Source: Candidatus Omnitrophota bacterium | Lineage (GTDB): Bacteria; Omnitrophota; Gorgyraeia; Zapsychrales; Zapsychraceae | Length of the DNA stretch: 64,000 bases | Direction: 5' to 3' | Assembly: GCA_015233115.1 (NCBI GenBank) | Contig: JADFYJ010000006.1 | Coordinates: 65,801-129,800 of the forward strand | Made by a program: the position numbers and the translations under genes | Shown: positions 8,584 through 17,985 of the stretch, one piece after another | How positions within the stretch are numbered: position 1 is the stretch's first letter | How the letters are laid out: each line of letters begins with the position of its first letter | Notes under the pieces: generated by a model | What the model saw: only the letters and a program-made list of their open reading frames with translations | What the model was told of the DNA's origin: nothing | Database searches by the model: none

Positions 8584-9595
8584 GAAATTAACTAAACGAT
8601 TTGACCATCAATTTTCAGACGTCATTAAGATGATTCACGCGTCTCGGTATAACGCCATCAAAAGCGTTAATGCTGAGCTTGTGAAGCTGTATTGGAGTGT
8701 GGGTGAGTACATCAGCAAGAAACTTGCTTCGGCTGAATGGGGAGATTCTGTTGTTGACAATCTTGCTGATTTTATCCAGGCTCACCACCCTGAATTTAAA
8801 GGTTTTACCCGTCGCGGTCTTTATCGGATGCGGCAGTTTTACGAATCCTATCGGGGTAGTAAATTTGTGTCAACACTGTTGACACAAATAAGCTGGTCCA
8901 GTCACTTGCATATACTTGCCAAAACTAAAACCATTGAAGAAAAAGAATTTTATCTGCGCCTCGCTATTAAAGAGAAATATTCTGTTCGTGAACTGGAGCG
9001 TCAGATTGATAGCGGCTATTTTGAGCGAGTGATGATCTCAAAGAAAAAAGTGTCACCACTGTTGACACAAATTCGTCCGGATGCTGTAGATGTGTTCAAA
9101 GATACCTATATCCTCGATTTTCTCAACCTCCCCGAAGCGCACAGCGAGAGCGATTTAAATCGAAGTATTGTTTCTAACCTTAAAGACTTTATTCTTGAAT
9201 TCGGCAAGGATTTTGCGTTTGTCGGCCAAGAATATCGTTTGCAAATAGGGAAAAGCGATTATTTCATTGATCTGCTATTCTTTCATCGTGGTCTGCGTTG
9301 CCTGGTTTTATTCGAGTTGAAAATAGACGATTTCAAGCCGGGATATATCGGTCAGTTGAATTTTTATCTTGAAGCGCTTGACCGTGATGTCAAAAAGCCG
9401 GATGAAAATCCCAGTGTAGGCATCATTCTGTGTAAGTCGAAAGATGATGAAGTGGTAGAATACGCGCTGAGCCGAAATCTTTCTCCAGCCTTGGTAGCTG
9501 AGTATAAAACAAAGCTTATTCCTAAAAAGATATTGGAAAAGAAATTGCATGAATATTACTTATTGGGCGAGTCTGTGAGAGAGAAGGAAAAATGA
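8582..9595 (+). CDS. YhcG/DUF1016 family PD-(D/E)XK nuclease-like protein
   Basis: LYWSVG, WGDSVV, KDTYILDFL, FILEFGKDFAFVGQ, IDLLFFHR, ELK, GQLNFYL and VGIILC motifs. Confidence 0.9.
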   Translation: MKLTKRFDHQFSDVIKMIHASRYNAIKSVNAELVKLYWSVGEYISKKLASAEWGDSVVDNLADFIQAHHPEFKGFTRRGLYRMRQFYESYRGSKFVSTLLTQISWSSHLHILAKTKTIEEKEFYLRLAIKEKYSVRELERQIDSGYFERVMISKKKVSPLLTQIRPDAVDVFKDTYILDFLNLPEAHSESDLNRSIVSNLKDFILEFGKDFAFVGQEYRLQIGKSDYFIDLLFFHRGLRCLVLFELKIDDFKPGYIGQLNFYLEALDRDVKKPDENPSVGIILCKSKDDEVVEYALSRNLSPALVAEYKTKLIPKKILEKKLHEYYLLGESVREKEK

Positions 9596-9623
9596 AGAGT
9601 TGGGGGCGAAATACTTACTGCGC

Positions 9624-9659
9624 GGAATTGCCGAGATAAGTCCGTGTCCCCGGAATACC
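9624..9659 (+). other. Putative recombination site, TGTCCC type (left boundary of cassette 2)
   Basis: GGAATTGCCGAGATA-AGTCCG-TGTCCCCGGAATACC, imperfect arms around a 6-nt spacer. Confidence 0.5.
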
Positions 9660-9679
9660 ATTCTTTGGAGGAATCAGGA

Positions 9680-9967
9680 ATGCATACAAATGAATACTAT
9701 GCAGCTCTCGAAAAAGAATTGAAGGAAATCTTGCTCGTTGTCGGCGGCTCCTTGCCTGCCGATGATCAAGAAGAAATCACGGGATTTATTGCGCATGGGG
9801 AATATGGTTTGGCTTTTGAAACCTTGTGCCTGAGCTTTAAACTAAAATGCTCCAAAATGCCTTTGGAAGTGCGAGCCTCGGTTGAGCGGCTCGGCCGAAA
9901 GATGAAATTAGAACCTTCGTTGTGGGAAGAAATTATTTCTGAAAACAACTCAGGGACCTGTATTTGA
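9680..9967 (+). CDS. MafI-like immunity protein
   Basis: EEITGFIAHGEYGLAFETLC...LGRKM pattern; ATG at 9680 with GGAGG upstream. Confidence 0.6.
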   Translation: MHTNEYYAALEKELKEILLVVGGSLPADDQEEITGFIAHGEYGLAFETLCLSFKLKCSKMPLEVRASVERLGRKMKLEPSLWEEIISENNSGTCI

Positions 9968-10000
9968 ATTCAGTTAATTCAGGACACAATACATAATTAT
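9947..10000 (-). other. Two GGGAC/GGACAC-type sites (right boundary of cassette 2)
   Basis: AACTCAGGGACCTGTATTTGAATT and AATTCAGGACACAATACATAATTAT; reverse complements read GGTCCCTGAGTT and TGTCCTGAATT. Confidence 0.45.
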
Positions 10001-11060
10001 GCCAAAGCATATTTCCACCTTAAAATCTAATTTCCATAAACATCAAATCAACGCCTATCTGATCAACCGTGATGTGAATATCCGGTATCTGACCGGGTTT
10101 CCTGCCAGCGAATCATGGTTTTTGGTTACGAGTAAACAAGATTTTTACATCACCGATGGCCGGTATAAGCTCGAAGCCCAGAAAGGTTTACCTAAGTCTG
10201 TAAAAGTTCAGCTTTTTGAAAATTCTAAGTTTGAAGAAAGCTTAAAACTGGCTCATAGCCAAGGGGTTAAGGTCTTGGGATATGATAGCCGTTATGTGAC
10301 GGTTTTTGAGTTTTCACATTTAGAACGATTTGCTAAAAAGGCGAAAATTAAACTCAAAGCTTGCAATAATTTGGTGGAAGATATGCGGGCGATCAAGACT
10401 CCGGAAGAGGTGGATTATATCCGCCAGGCTTTGCAGATTCACCAAAAGGTATTAAGTATGCTAAAACGCCGGATCAAGCCTGGACTTACGGAAAAAGACA
10501 TACTTATCTATTTGAAGAAGTTTATTGAAACAAATAATACTAATTTTTCTTTTGATTCTATTATTGCTTCGGGGGGCAATTCCTGCTATCCTCATGCCCT
10601 GGTAACTGAGCGGAAAATCCTTGATAATGAAGCAGTTCTGGTGGATATCGGTTTCGAATATAAAGGTTACAAGTCTGACTTGACACGTATGTTTGTTTTG
10701 GGTAGAATAGCCGAACTTCAAAAGGAAGTTATTGAGCATGTTCGTCAGGCTCAAGCGTGTGCGATACGAATTATCCGGGATGGCGTTCCAGTAGCAGAAG
10801 TGGATCGGCAAGCTCGTAATTATCTGGAAAAGAATGGTTTGGCGAAGTATTTTTGTCATTCAACCGGTCATGGTGTGGGGCTGGAGATTCATGAGGCGCC
10901 GGCTTTATCTTCAAAAAGTGACGCGGTCTTAAGAGCGGGTATGGTTGTAACTGTGGAACCGGGGGTGTATATACCGGGAAAATTTGGGGTTAGATTAGAA
11001 GAAATGATTTTAGTCAAAAAGCAGGAAGGAGAATTGTTAAGTGGCAATTTCAATCAATGA
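9999..11060 (+). CDS. Xaa-Pro aminopeptidase (M24 family)
   Basis: YKSDLTR, HSTGHGVGLEIHE, TVEPGVY and GVRLEE motifs; usual aroQ-peptidase-efp-accBC context. Confidence 0.92.
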   Translation: MPKHISTLKSNFHKHQINAYLINRDVNIRYLTGFPASESWFLVTSKQDFYITDGRYKLEAQKGLPKSVKVQLFENSKFEESLKLAHSQGVKVLGYDSRYVTVFEFSHLERFAKKAKIKLKACNNLVEDMRAIKTPEEVDYIRQALQIHQKVLSMLKRRIKPGLTEKDILIYLKKFIETNNTNFSFDSIIASGGNSCYPHALVTERKILDNEAVLVDIGFEYKGYKSDLTRMFVLGRIAELQKEVIEHVRQAQACAIRIIRDGVPVAEVDRQARNYLEKNGLAKYFCHSTGHGVGLEIHEAPALSSKSDAVLRAGMVVTVEPGVYIPGKFGVRLEEMILVKKQEGELLSGNFNQ

Positions 11061-11607
11061 GATCAGTAGCGGCATCGGGTTAATGGTAGACGGCAATATT
11101 TTTGTGGTTGAAGATTATAGCCACGTGAAGCCTGGTAAAGGCAGTGCTTTTGTCCGCGTCCGCATGCGTAACATGAAAACCCAGCAGGTTTTGGAAAGAA
11201 CCTTTAAAACTTCGGAAAGATTAGAAGACCTTCCTTTAGAAGAACGCAAACTGCAGAGCCTCTACCGCAGCGGTGATGACTATCATTTTATGGATTTGAC
11301 TTCTTATGAAGAAAAAATTGTTCCAGTTAGTATGATGGGAGATGGGGTTCGTTTTTTACAGGAAAATTTGGAAGTGGTTGGCACAGTTTATAATGAAAAT
11401 ATTTTGAAAGTGCATTTACCGACTTTTATCATCACGGAAATTGTTCAATCAGATCCTGGTCTTAAAGGGGATTCTTCTAAATCAAGCACTAAAGCGGCGA
11501 CGATTGACACGGGCGCGACAGTGCAAGTGCCTTTGTTCATTAATGTGGGGGATAAAATCAAAGTTGATACCCGCAGCGGTACTTATATCGAAAGGGTCAA
11601 GCAATGA
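11041..11607 (+). CDS. efp: Translation elongation factor P
   Basis: HVKPGKGSAFVR, PGLKGDS and VQVPLF motifs. Confidence 0.96.
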   Translation: MAISINEISSGIGLMVDGNIFVVEDYSHVKPGKGSAFVRVRMRNMKTQQVLERTFKTSERLEDLPLEERKLQSLYRSGDDYHFMDLTSYEEKIVPVSMMGDGVRFLQENLEVVGTVYNENILKVHLPTFIITEIVQSDPGLKGDSSKSSTKAATIDTGATVQVPLFINVGDKIKVDTRSGTYIERVKQ

Positions 11608-12065
11608 ACCTAAAAGAAATTAAAGAACTTATTAAATTGATGAATGAGAATGAGCTTGGAGAAGTGGAAGTTGAACAGGAAGGGTCTAAGCTTAAACTCA
11701 AGAAATTAGCTGCCAGTTTACCTACATCAGTGGCTATGCATCCGTCATATATGGCGGCCCCAGCCCTAGCGGTTAAAGGACCAGCAGAGGCGGAAGTCAA
11801 GCCGGAAGCCGCTTCAAAAGATCATTTAAAAAAGATTATTTCTCCGATGGTGGGAACTTTTTATCGTGCTCCATCACCGGATGCCTCGCCTTACGTGGAA
11901 ATCGGGCAGGTCGTGGAACCCGGACAAGTGGTTTGTATCGTTGAAGCTATGAAGTTGATGAACGAGATCAAATCTGAAGTCCGCGGTAAAGTGGTAGAAA
12001 TTCCGGCGGAAAATGCCCATCCAGTCGAATTTGGCCAAGTATTATTCTATCTCGAACCAGTTTAA
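11604..12065 (+). CDS. accB: Acetyl-CoA carboxylase biotin carboxyl carrier protein
   Basis: SPMVGTFYRAPSP and EAMKLMNEI motifs. Confidence 0.96.
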   Translation: MNLKEIKELIKLMNENELGEVEVEQEGSKLKLKKLAASLPTSVAMHPSYMAAPALAVKGPAEAEVKPEAASKDHLKKIISPMVGTFYRAPSPDASPYVEIGQVVEPGQVVCIVEAMKLMNEIKSEVRGKVVEIPAENAHPVEFGQVLFYLEPV

Positions 12066-12135
12066 CCTTTGAATTTGCGATAAATTTTGGCAAATGCAAA
12101 ATTCAGGTTTAATCAAAAAGAGAGTTTTATAAAAT

Positions 12136-13488
12136 ATGTTTTCGAAAATTTTAATCGCTAATCGCGGTGAAATTGCTTTACGTATTATCCGTGCTTGCCG
12201 TGAATTAGGAGTCAGGACTGTCGCCGTTTATTCTGAAGCTGACCGGGATTCTTTGCATGTGCGCCTGGCTGATGAAGCCGTCTGTATAGGTCCGGCCAAA
12301 AGTAAAGATAGTTATTTAAATATTCCGGCGATTATTTCTGCCGCTGAAGTGACGGATGTGGAAGCGATTCATCCGGGATACGGATTTTTATCTGAGAACG
12401 CACATTTCGCGGAGATCTGTGAGTCTTGTAAGATTACGTTTATCGGTCCGTCGCCAGAGAGTATCCGGATGATGGGGGATAAAGTGGTAGCTAGAGAGAC
12501 GGTCAGAAAAGCTGGAGTGCCGGTCACGCCGGGCTGTGAAGGTATTATTGAGGATAAAGAACAAGCTTTGGCCATTGCTAAACAAATCAAATATCCAGTT
12601 ATTATCAAAGCTGCCTCAGGCGGCGGTGGTAAAGGGATGAGGGTTTGTCATAATGATGTGAGTTTGGTGAGTTCATTTATCGTCGCGCAGAATGAAGCGG
12701 AAGCGAATTTCGGTAATCCAAATGTTTATATTGAAAAATATATTGAGGATCCCCGTCATATAGAGTTTCAGATCATGGCTGACCAATTCGGAAATACCAT
12801 CCATTTGGGAGAACGTGATTGCAGTATTCAAAGACGGCATCAAAAACTGCTGGAAGAAGCTCCTTCGCCTGCACTCACTCCGGAATTAAGAAAACAAATG
12901 GGAGACGTAGCTGTCAAGGCGGCAAAAGCGGCTCATTATAAAAGCGTAGGAACGATAGAATTTTTACTTGATAAGCACGGTGATTTCTTTTTTATGGAAA
13001 TGAATACCCGGATTCAGGTCGAGCATCCTGTCACAGAAATGGTGACTGGGGTCGATCTGGTCAAGGAACAGATCAAGATTGCGTGCGGAGAAAAATTAGC
13101 GTATACTCAAGAAGATATTGTCATCAGAGGCGCGGCTATTGAATGCCGCATTAACGCTGAAGATCCGGATAAAAATTTTATGCCGTCGCCCGGAACGATC
13201 GAACATCTCAATCTTCCCGGCGGTAATGGTGTGAGAATTGATACGCATATTTATCCGGGATATAAAATTAGTCCTTTTTATGATTCGATGGTCGCGAAAT
13301 TGGTCACTTATGGGCGTAACCGTAATGAGGCCATAGCGATTATGAACCGGGCTTTGCAGGAGTTTTATATCAGCCCGATTAAAACGACGATTCCGTTGCA
13401 GTTAAAGATTATGAACCACCCTTCGTTTATTCAAGGGAAGGTTTCAACTCATTTTCTTGAGAAGTTCATGAAGGACCACGAGGGCTAG
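12136..13488 (+). CDS. accC: Acetyl-CoA carboxylase biotin carboxylase
   Basis: [40 protein letters not shown] and [10 protein letters not shown] motifs. Confidence 0.96.
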   Translation: MFSKILIANRGEIALRIIRACRELGVRTVAVYSEADRDSLHVRLADEAVCIGPAKSKDSYLNIPAIISAAEVTDVEAIHPGYGFLSENAHFAEICESCKITFIGPSPESIRMMGDKVVARETVRKAGVPVTPGCEGIIEDKEQALAIAKQIKYPVIIKAASGGGGKGMRVCHNDVSLVSSFIVAQNEAEANFGNPNVYIEKYIEDPRHIEFQIMADQFGNTIHLGERDCSIQRRHQKLLEEAPSPALTPELRKQMGDVAVKAAKAAHYKSVGTIEFLLDKHGDFFFMEMNTRIQVEHPVTEMVTGVDLVKEQIKIACGEKLAYTQEDIVIRGAAIECRINAEDPDKNFMPSPGTIEHLNLPGGNGVRIDTHIYPGYKISPFYDSMVAKLVTYGRNRNEAIAIMNRALQEFYISPIKTTIPLQLKIMNHPSFIQGKVSTHFLEKFMKDHEG

Positions 13489-13510
13489 TGCGTCGAAGGA
13501 TTTCTAAAGC

Positions 13511-13864
13511 ATGGAAGACAAGAGTCAAGAAATTGGTGTTGTTCAGGTACACAATGTTGTCTTAGCGCAGATTATCCGAGCTGCGGTGGACAAAGTCGAC
13601 GGAGCACATCTATACCGTTCTGGAAGTTTTTGGTCCAAGATCCTATCTATTTTTGATAAATCTGCAGCTGAGGGTTTATCAATTCGGGTTGATTCCACTA
13701 ATAATTTCACAGTTAAAGTTAATTTGGCTGTTCGTTATGGCTTAAATGTTAATGACACGGCCAAGTTAGTTCAAAATCAAATCAAAGAAGATATTCTTAA
13801 ATCTGTCACCATTAATATCAAAACCATTGATATTCGCGTTTGGAGCATCGAAAGGGGGAAGTGA
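13511..13864 (+). CDS. Asp23/Gls24 family envelope stress protein
   Basis: IGVVQVHNVVLAQI...VDG...YGLNV...VQNQIK pattern; follows accC. Confidence 0.7.
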   Translation: MEDKSQEIGVVQVHNVVLAQIIRAAVDKVDGAHLYRSGSFWSKILSIFDKSAAEGLSIRVDSTNNFTVKVNLAVRYGLNVNDTAKLVQNQIKEDILKSVTINIKTIDIRVWSIERGK

Positions 13865-14478
13865 TGAAATTTTTTATGAGATTGGCGGTTTTGTTTTATG
13901 TAACTTTGGTTTTATTCTTAACAGCCTTTTTATTATTGTTTGTTTTCCGCTGGTTGGATTTTCGCTATTTGGTGAAATTGGCGGCTATGGCGTATACCAT
14001 GGACCAGATCCGTTTAATCATTGCGATCACTGCAGGTGTTATGCTTTTTATTAATTTCTTGTTTTATCGTTTTTGTTCCGTCAATGTCAGACGGGATAAG
14101 ATCATTGCGTTTGACAATCCTTATGGCCGGGTGAGTGTGTCATTAGCCGCGCTGGAAGAATCTGCCCGCCGGGCTGTACTCCGGTTGGATGAGATCAAAG
14201 AAGTGAGAGCCAGTATTGAAGCCTCCCGCGGACATCTGCGTTGCCGTCTTAAAATTAATTTAAATAAAGAAGTTAATATTCCTGAATTAACCTCGCGTGT
14301 TCAAGTGTTAGTGAGGGATAAAATTCAAGACGCGATCGGTTTGGAAGAAAAGATCGATGTCATGGTGTATGTCAGTCGGATTATTCCTTCGTATGTCAGC
14401 CGTACGCCGAATGAAGAAAAGAAAACCGACTCAACAAATGCGGAACCTCATATTCCGTTTAGAGGATACCGAATATAG
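13864..14478 (+). CDS. AmaP-like alkaline shock response membrane anchor protein
   Basis: Two N-terminal TM helices, then NPYGRVSVSLAALEE and NIPELTSRVQ; adjacent to Asp23. Confidence 0.65.
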   Translation: MKFFMRLAVLFYVTLVLFLTAFLLLFVFRWLDFRYLVKLAAMAYTMDQIRLIIAITAGVMLFINFLFYRFCSVNVRRDKIIAFDNPYGRVSVSLAALEESARRAVLRLDEIKEVRASIEASRGHLRCRLKINLNKEVNIPELTSRVQVLVRDKIQDAIGLEEKIDVMVYVSRIIPSYVSRTPNEEKKTDSTNAEPHIPFRGYRI

Positions 14479-14486
14479 AAATTTAA

Positions 14487-14659
14487 GTAACAAAGTAACC
14501 GAGTAACAGAGAAAAAACGATTGGTTGAAAAAACATTGGGGTAGAAAACTTATATCCGGGTTTAGTTAATTTTTTTGTTTGGGATTTTTTAATGACTGAG
14601 TTTTTGTTTTTTATGTTTTTTTGTTGCTTTGTTACTCGGTTACTTTGTTACTCGGTTAC
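14487..14659. repeat. Inverted-microsatellite element, GTAAC type
   Basis: GTAACAAA-GTAACCGA-GTAACAGA-GAAAAAACGATTG ... TTTGTTAC-TCGGTTAC-TTTGTTAC-TCGGTTAC. Confidence 0.9.
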
Positions 14660-14679
14660 TTTTAAAATGAGGAGAAGTT

Positions 14680-15696
14680 ATGCGAAAGATTGGTATATTG
14701 ACAGGCGGTGCGGATTGTCCCGGACTGAATTCTGTAATCCGGGCGGTGGTGAGAAAAGCTATGCAGGAAGGGTTTGTAGTTACTGGAATTAAAAATGGCT
14801 GGAACGGGTTGATTGACAATGACATGAAGATTTTGGATCTTCGTATGACGTCAGGCATTTTAGACCGTGGTGGTACGATTTTGGGAACCAGCCGTTTAAA
14901 GCCGCCGTTATATCCGGAAAAAGAAGCTAAAGTTGTGGAAAATTTTAGGCGTAGCGGCATCGACGCCATCATAGCTGTGGGCGGCGAAAATACTCTACAG
15001 ATTGGGCTGGATCTTTATAAAAAACACTCTATTCCAGTTGTCGGTGTTCCGAAATCTATTGATAATGCTTTGTGCGGGACTGATTACGCGTTTGGATTTG
15101 ATACAGCTGTCAACGTGGCAACGGAATGCATTGACCGTTTGCATACTACTGCCGAAAGCCATCATCGGATTATTGTCATCGAAGTTATGGGCAGATATAC
15201 AGGGTGGATTGCTCTTGAAGCAGGGATTGCCGGTGGCGCGGATATTATTTTAGTTCCGGAAATTCCGATCGATATCGAAGAAACATGTGCTTTAGTTAAG
15301 GCTCGTCATCGCCGAGGAAAAAATTTCAGCTTGATCGTGGTATCTGAAGGTGCCAAAATTAAAGGAACGGTTGAGCCTGAACGGGGGCAAACGCTCATCC
15401 ATACTCCCCACATTGGCGAGATTATTGGTAAATGCGTTGAAGAAGAAACCGGTTATGAAACCCGGGTCAGTGTTTTAGGACATATTCAACGGGGCGGGAC
15501 GCCAAGCGCGTATGACCGTTTGATTGGGACACAGTTCGGAGTGAAAGCGGTTGATCTGGTTAAAGAAAGCAATTTTGGCCAAATGGTGAGTTTACATGAT
15601 GGTCAAATCTGCTCAGTAAGTATCGCCGAAGCGGTAAGAAAACATAAAGCCATAGATCAGGCTTTGTTTGAAATCGCGAAATTGTTTTCTGATTAA
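14680..15696 (+). CDS. pfkA: 6-phosphofructokinase
   Basis: TGGADCPGLN, GGTILGTSR, PKSIDN, EVMGRYTG and LGHIQRGG motifs. Confidence 0.92.
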   Translation: MRKIGILTGGADCPGLNSVIRAVVRKAMQEGFVVTGIKNGWNGLIDNDMKILDLRMTSGILDRGGTILGTSRLKPPLYPEKEAKVVENFRRSGIDAIIAVGGENTLQIGLDLYKKHSIPVVGVPKSIDNALCGTDYAFGFDTAVNVATECIDRLHTTAESHHRIIVIEVMGRYTGWIALEAGIAGGADIILVPEIPIDIEETCALVKARHRRGKNFSLIVVSEGAKIKGTVEPERGQTLIHTPHIGEIIGKCVEEETGYETRVSVLGHIQRGGTPSAYDRLIGTQFGVKAVDLVKESNFGQMVSLHDGQICSVSIAEAVRKHKAIDQALFEIAKLFSD

Positions 15697-15911
15697 AATA
15701 GGTAATAGGCAATAGGCTAGAGGTGACGCTGTTGTAGGGGAGATCTCCTGATCTCCCGTTGCAAAATTATCGTTTTTTGGTTTTTATTTAAAAACGATTG
15801 ATGCGGGCGATCAGGAGATCGCCCCTACGAATAATTTTGTATGCGACCAAGGACGTAATTTAAAAAAGTTTTTTATTGGATTTTTTACCTATAGCCTATC
15901 GCCTATGACCT
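15697..15911. repeat. Inverted-microsatellite element, TAGGC type, with nested repeats
   Basis: Left AATAGGT-AATAGGC-AATAGGC-TAGAGGT; right ACCT-ATAGCCT-ATCGCCT-ATGACCT. Confidence 0.8.
15734..15828. repeat. GTAG-type REP doublet nested in the TAGGC element
   Basis: GTAGGGGAGATCTCCTGATCTCCCG ... CGGGCGATCAGGAGATCGCCCCTAC. Confidence 0.85.
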
Positions 15912-15925
15912 CGTAAGGAATATAT

Positions 15926-16489
15926 ATGTTAAATAAATTAAAAAAAATTTGCGATGAATCCAATGCCGTAAAAACAGCGGCGTTTTCTGAAAATGCCGAT
16001 ACGATTGTGCGGGTGGTCAACGCCATCATAAAGGCTTTAAAAGCGGGTCATAAAGTTTTATTTTTTGGGAATGGTGGGTCAGCTGCGGATTCTCAGCATT
16101 TGGCCGCGGAACTGATCGGCCGTTTTCAGAAAGAACGCGTTGCTTTTCCCTCGATCGCTTTAACGACAGATACTTCGATTATTACTGCTTTAGGGAATGA
16201 TTATGGTTTTGACGTGATTTTTGAACGGCAGATGGAGGCTTTAGGAAATGCCGGAGATGTCGCGGTCGGCTTATCAACGAGCGGGAATTCTGAAAATGTC
16301 ATTCGCGCCATTAAAAAAGCCAAAGCTAAAGGATTGATCACTGTATCCATGACCGGCCGTGACGGCGGTAAATTAAAATCCCTGACGGATATGAGTATTG
16401 TCGTTCGCGATCAAAACACTGCCCGCGTCCAGGAATCACACATCTGCATCGGCCATGCTATATGTGAATTGGTGGAAAGTGGTATTTAA
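15926..16489 (+). CDS. gmhA: D-sedoheptulose-7-phosphate isomerase
   Basis: GNGGSAADSQHLAAE, NDYG, STSGNSEN and ARVQESH motifs. Confidence 0.93.
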   Translation: MLNKLKKICDESNAVKTAAFSENADTIVRVVNAIIKALKAGHKVLFFGNGGSAADSQHLAAELIGRFQKERVAFPSIALTTDTSIITALGNDYGFDVIFERQMEALGNAGDVAVGLSTSGNSENVIRAIKKAKAKGLITVSMTGRDGGKLKSLTDMSIVVRDQNTARVQESHICIGHAICELVESGI

Positions 16490-16492
16490 AAT

Positions 16493-16978
16493 ATGGACAG
16501 TTCCAAGAAAATTTTATCTCCGGCAGCGTTGAAGCGTAAATTGAATGCGCTGAAAAAATCCGGCAAGAAAATTGCGTTTACAAACGGTTGTTTTGATATT
16601 TTACATTTCGGGCATGTGACGTATTTGGAGCAAACGAAAAAAAATAACCGGATTTTGGTGATCGGGGTCAATAGTGATAAATCTGTGCGATCTATTAAAG
16701 GAACCAAGCGTCCGATTATCGCAGAAGGCGGACGTTTAAGATTATTGGCTGGTTTAGAGTGTGTGGATTTTGTGACGTTTTTTGACGAAGATACTCCGCA
16801 AAAGTTAATTGAATTTTTAAAGCCGGATATTTTGATTAAAGGAGCGGATTGGAAAGGGAAACCTGTCGCCGGCTCAGACGCGGTCATTGCTAGCGGCGGC
16901 AAAGTTGAATTTGTCGAATATGTGGATGGGTTTTCAACAACGAATATAATAAAAAAGATTTTAGATTGTGAAAGTTAA
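16493..16978 (+). CDS. D-glycero-beta-D-manno-heptose 1-phosphate adenylyltransferase (RfaE domain II)
   Basis: FTNGCFDILHFGH, GVNSDKSV, KGADW and GFSTT motifs. Confidence 0.9.
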   Translation: MDSSKKILSPAALKRKLNALKKSGKKIAFTNGCFDILHFGHVTYLEQTKKNNRILVIGVNSDKSVRSIKGTKRPIIAEGGRLRLLAGLECVDFVTFFDEDTPQKLIEFLKPDILIKGADWKGKPVAGSDAVIASGGKVEFVEYVDGFSTTNIIKKILDCES

Positions 16979-17384
16979 AACCGCAGACCCAATTATCCGC
17001 GTCATCGACGCGAATTTAAACCGCGCTAAAGAAGGGTTGCGGGTTTGTGAAGATATTTGCCGGTTTATTTTGGATAGCAAGCCGCTCAGCCGGCAATGCA
17101 AAGATTTACGGCACCAGTTAAATGCGGTGGTTGAAAAATTAGGGCCAGCGGCCCTGGTAAATAGTCGCGATATAGAAAATGATGTGGGCAAACCGTCCAC
17201 AACGACCGAGATGGCGCGCAGTAAAGTGGCGGATATTTTTTATGCCAATTGCCAAAGAGTCAAAGAATCCGTACGGGTGCTGGAAGAATTTTTTAAATTA
17301 GTGGACAAAAAATTGGCGGAAGATTTGAAGAAAATCCGCTATCAGGTCTATGCCGTTGAAAAAAAAGTTGTTGAACGAATCTAA
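16968..17384 (+). CDS. Stand-alone ThiD2-like domain (N-terminal domain of cyanobacterial-type ThiE)
   Basis: RVIDANLNRAKEGLRVCEDICRF...SRDIENDVG...ANCQRVKESVRVLEE. Confidence 0.8.
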   Translation: MKVKTADPIIRVIDANLNRAKEGLRVCEDICRFILDSKPLSRQCKDLRHQLNAVVEKLGPAALVNSRDIENDVGKPSTTTEMARSKVADIFYANCQRVKESVRVLEEFFKLVDKKLAEDLKKIRYQVYAVEKKVVERI

Positions 17385-17985
17385 TTTATACGTGATCTTG
17401 GATGCTCAAGTTAACACGTATGAAGAATTGTTTGAAATTGTGAAAAAGTCCGTCGGAAGCGGAGTAGATATTCTGCAATTAAGGGATAAGATTTCGTCGG
17501 CGAAAAAGGTGTTGGAATTTTCGCGGAAAATTGTAGAATATATAAATCATAAACTGCTTTTTATCGTAAATGATCGGGTGGATATTGCCTTGTTAAGCGG
17601 GGCTGACGGCGTGCACGTGGGGCAAAACGATATTTCTGCAGGGGATGTGCGGCGATTAACGGGGAAAAATTTTTTGATCGGAACCTCGGCGCAAAGGTTG
17701 GAACATTGCCGGGCGGCTGAAGAGGCAGGAGCGGATTATATTGGATTGGGATCAGTTTATAAAACGAAAACCAAACCTGAACGCTGTCCGATGGATCAAA
17801 CGCTTCTAACTGAGGTAGCACGGTCAATCCAGATACCGGTTTTTGCGATTGGCGGAATTGATCAGACCAATGTCCGGCAAATCGTCGATAAAGGTTTAAA
17901 ACGGGTTGCGGTATGCCGTTCATTATGCTGCTCAGATAATTTTTTGGAAGAAGTAAGTTTATTAAAGAAAATTTTGCGAGGGTAA
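17350..17985 (+). CDS. thiE: Thiamine-phosphate synthase
   Basis: LQLRDK, IVNDRVD, DGVHVGQND, ADYIGLG, TKTK and AIGGI motifs. Confidence 0.92.
   Translation: MPLKKKLLNESNLYVILDAQVNTYEELFEIVKKSVGSGVDILQLRDKISSAKKVLEFSRKIVEYINHKLLFIVNDRVDIALLSGADGVHVGQNDISAGDVRRLTGKNFLIGTSAQRLEHCRAAEEAGADYIGLGSVYKTKTKPERCPMDQTLLTEVARSIQIPVFAIGGIDQTNVRQIVDKGLKRVAVCRSLCCSDNFLEEVSLLKKILRG

Noticed and set aside
7395-9998. Classical integron cassette array
   Set aside because: No intI gene, and the boundaries lack the RYYYAAC...GTTRRRY attC pattern; kept as a different type of cassette array.
12064-12110. Imperfect hairpin between accB and accC
   Set aside because: Weak, single copy and no U-tract; cannot assign a function.
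14592-14792. Short ORFs spanning repeat elements (14592+, 17962-, 36308-, 42925-, 6727-, 6786-, 48767-)
   Set aside because: Low-complexity translations of repeats or antisense overlaps of well-supported genes; no RBS or family motifs.
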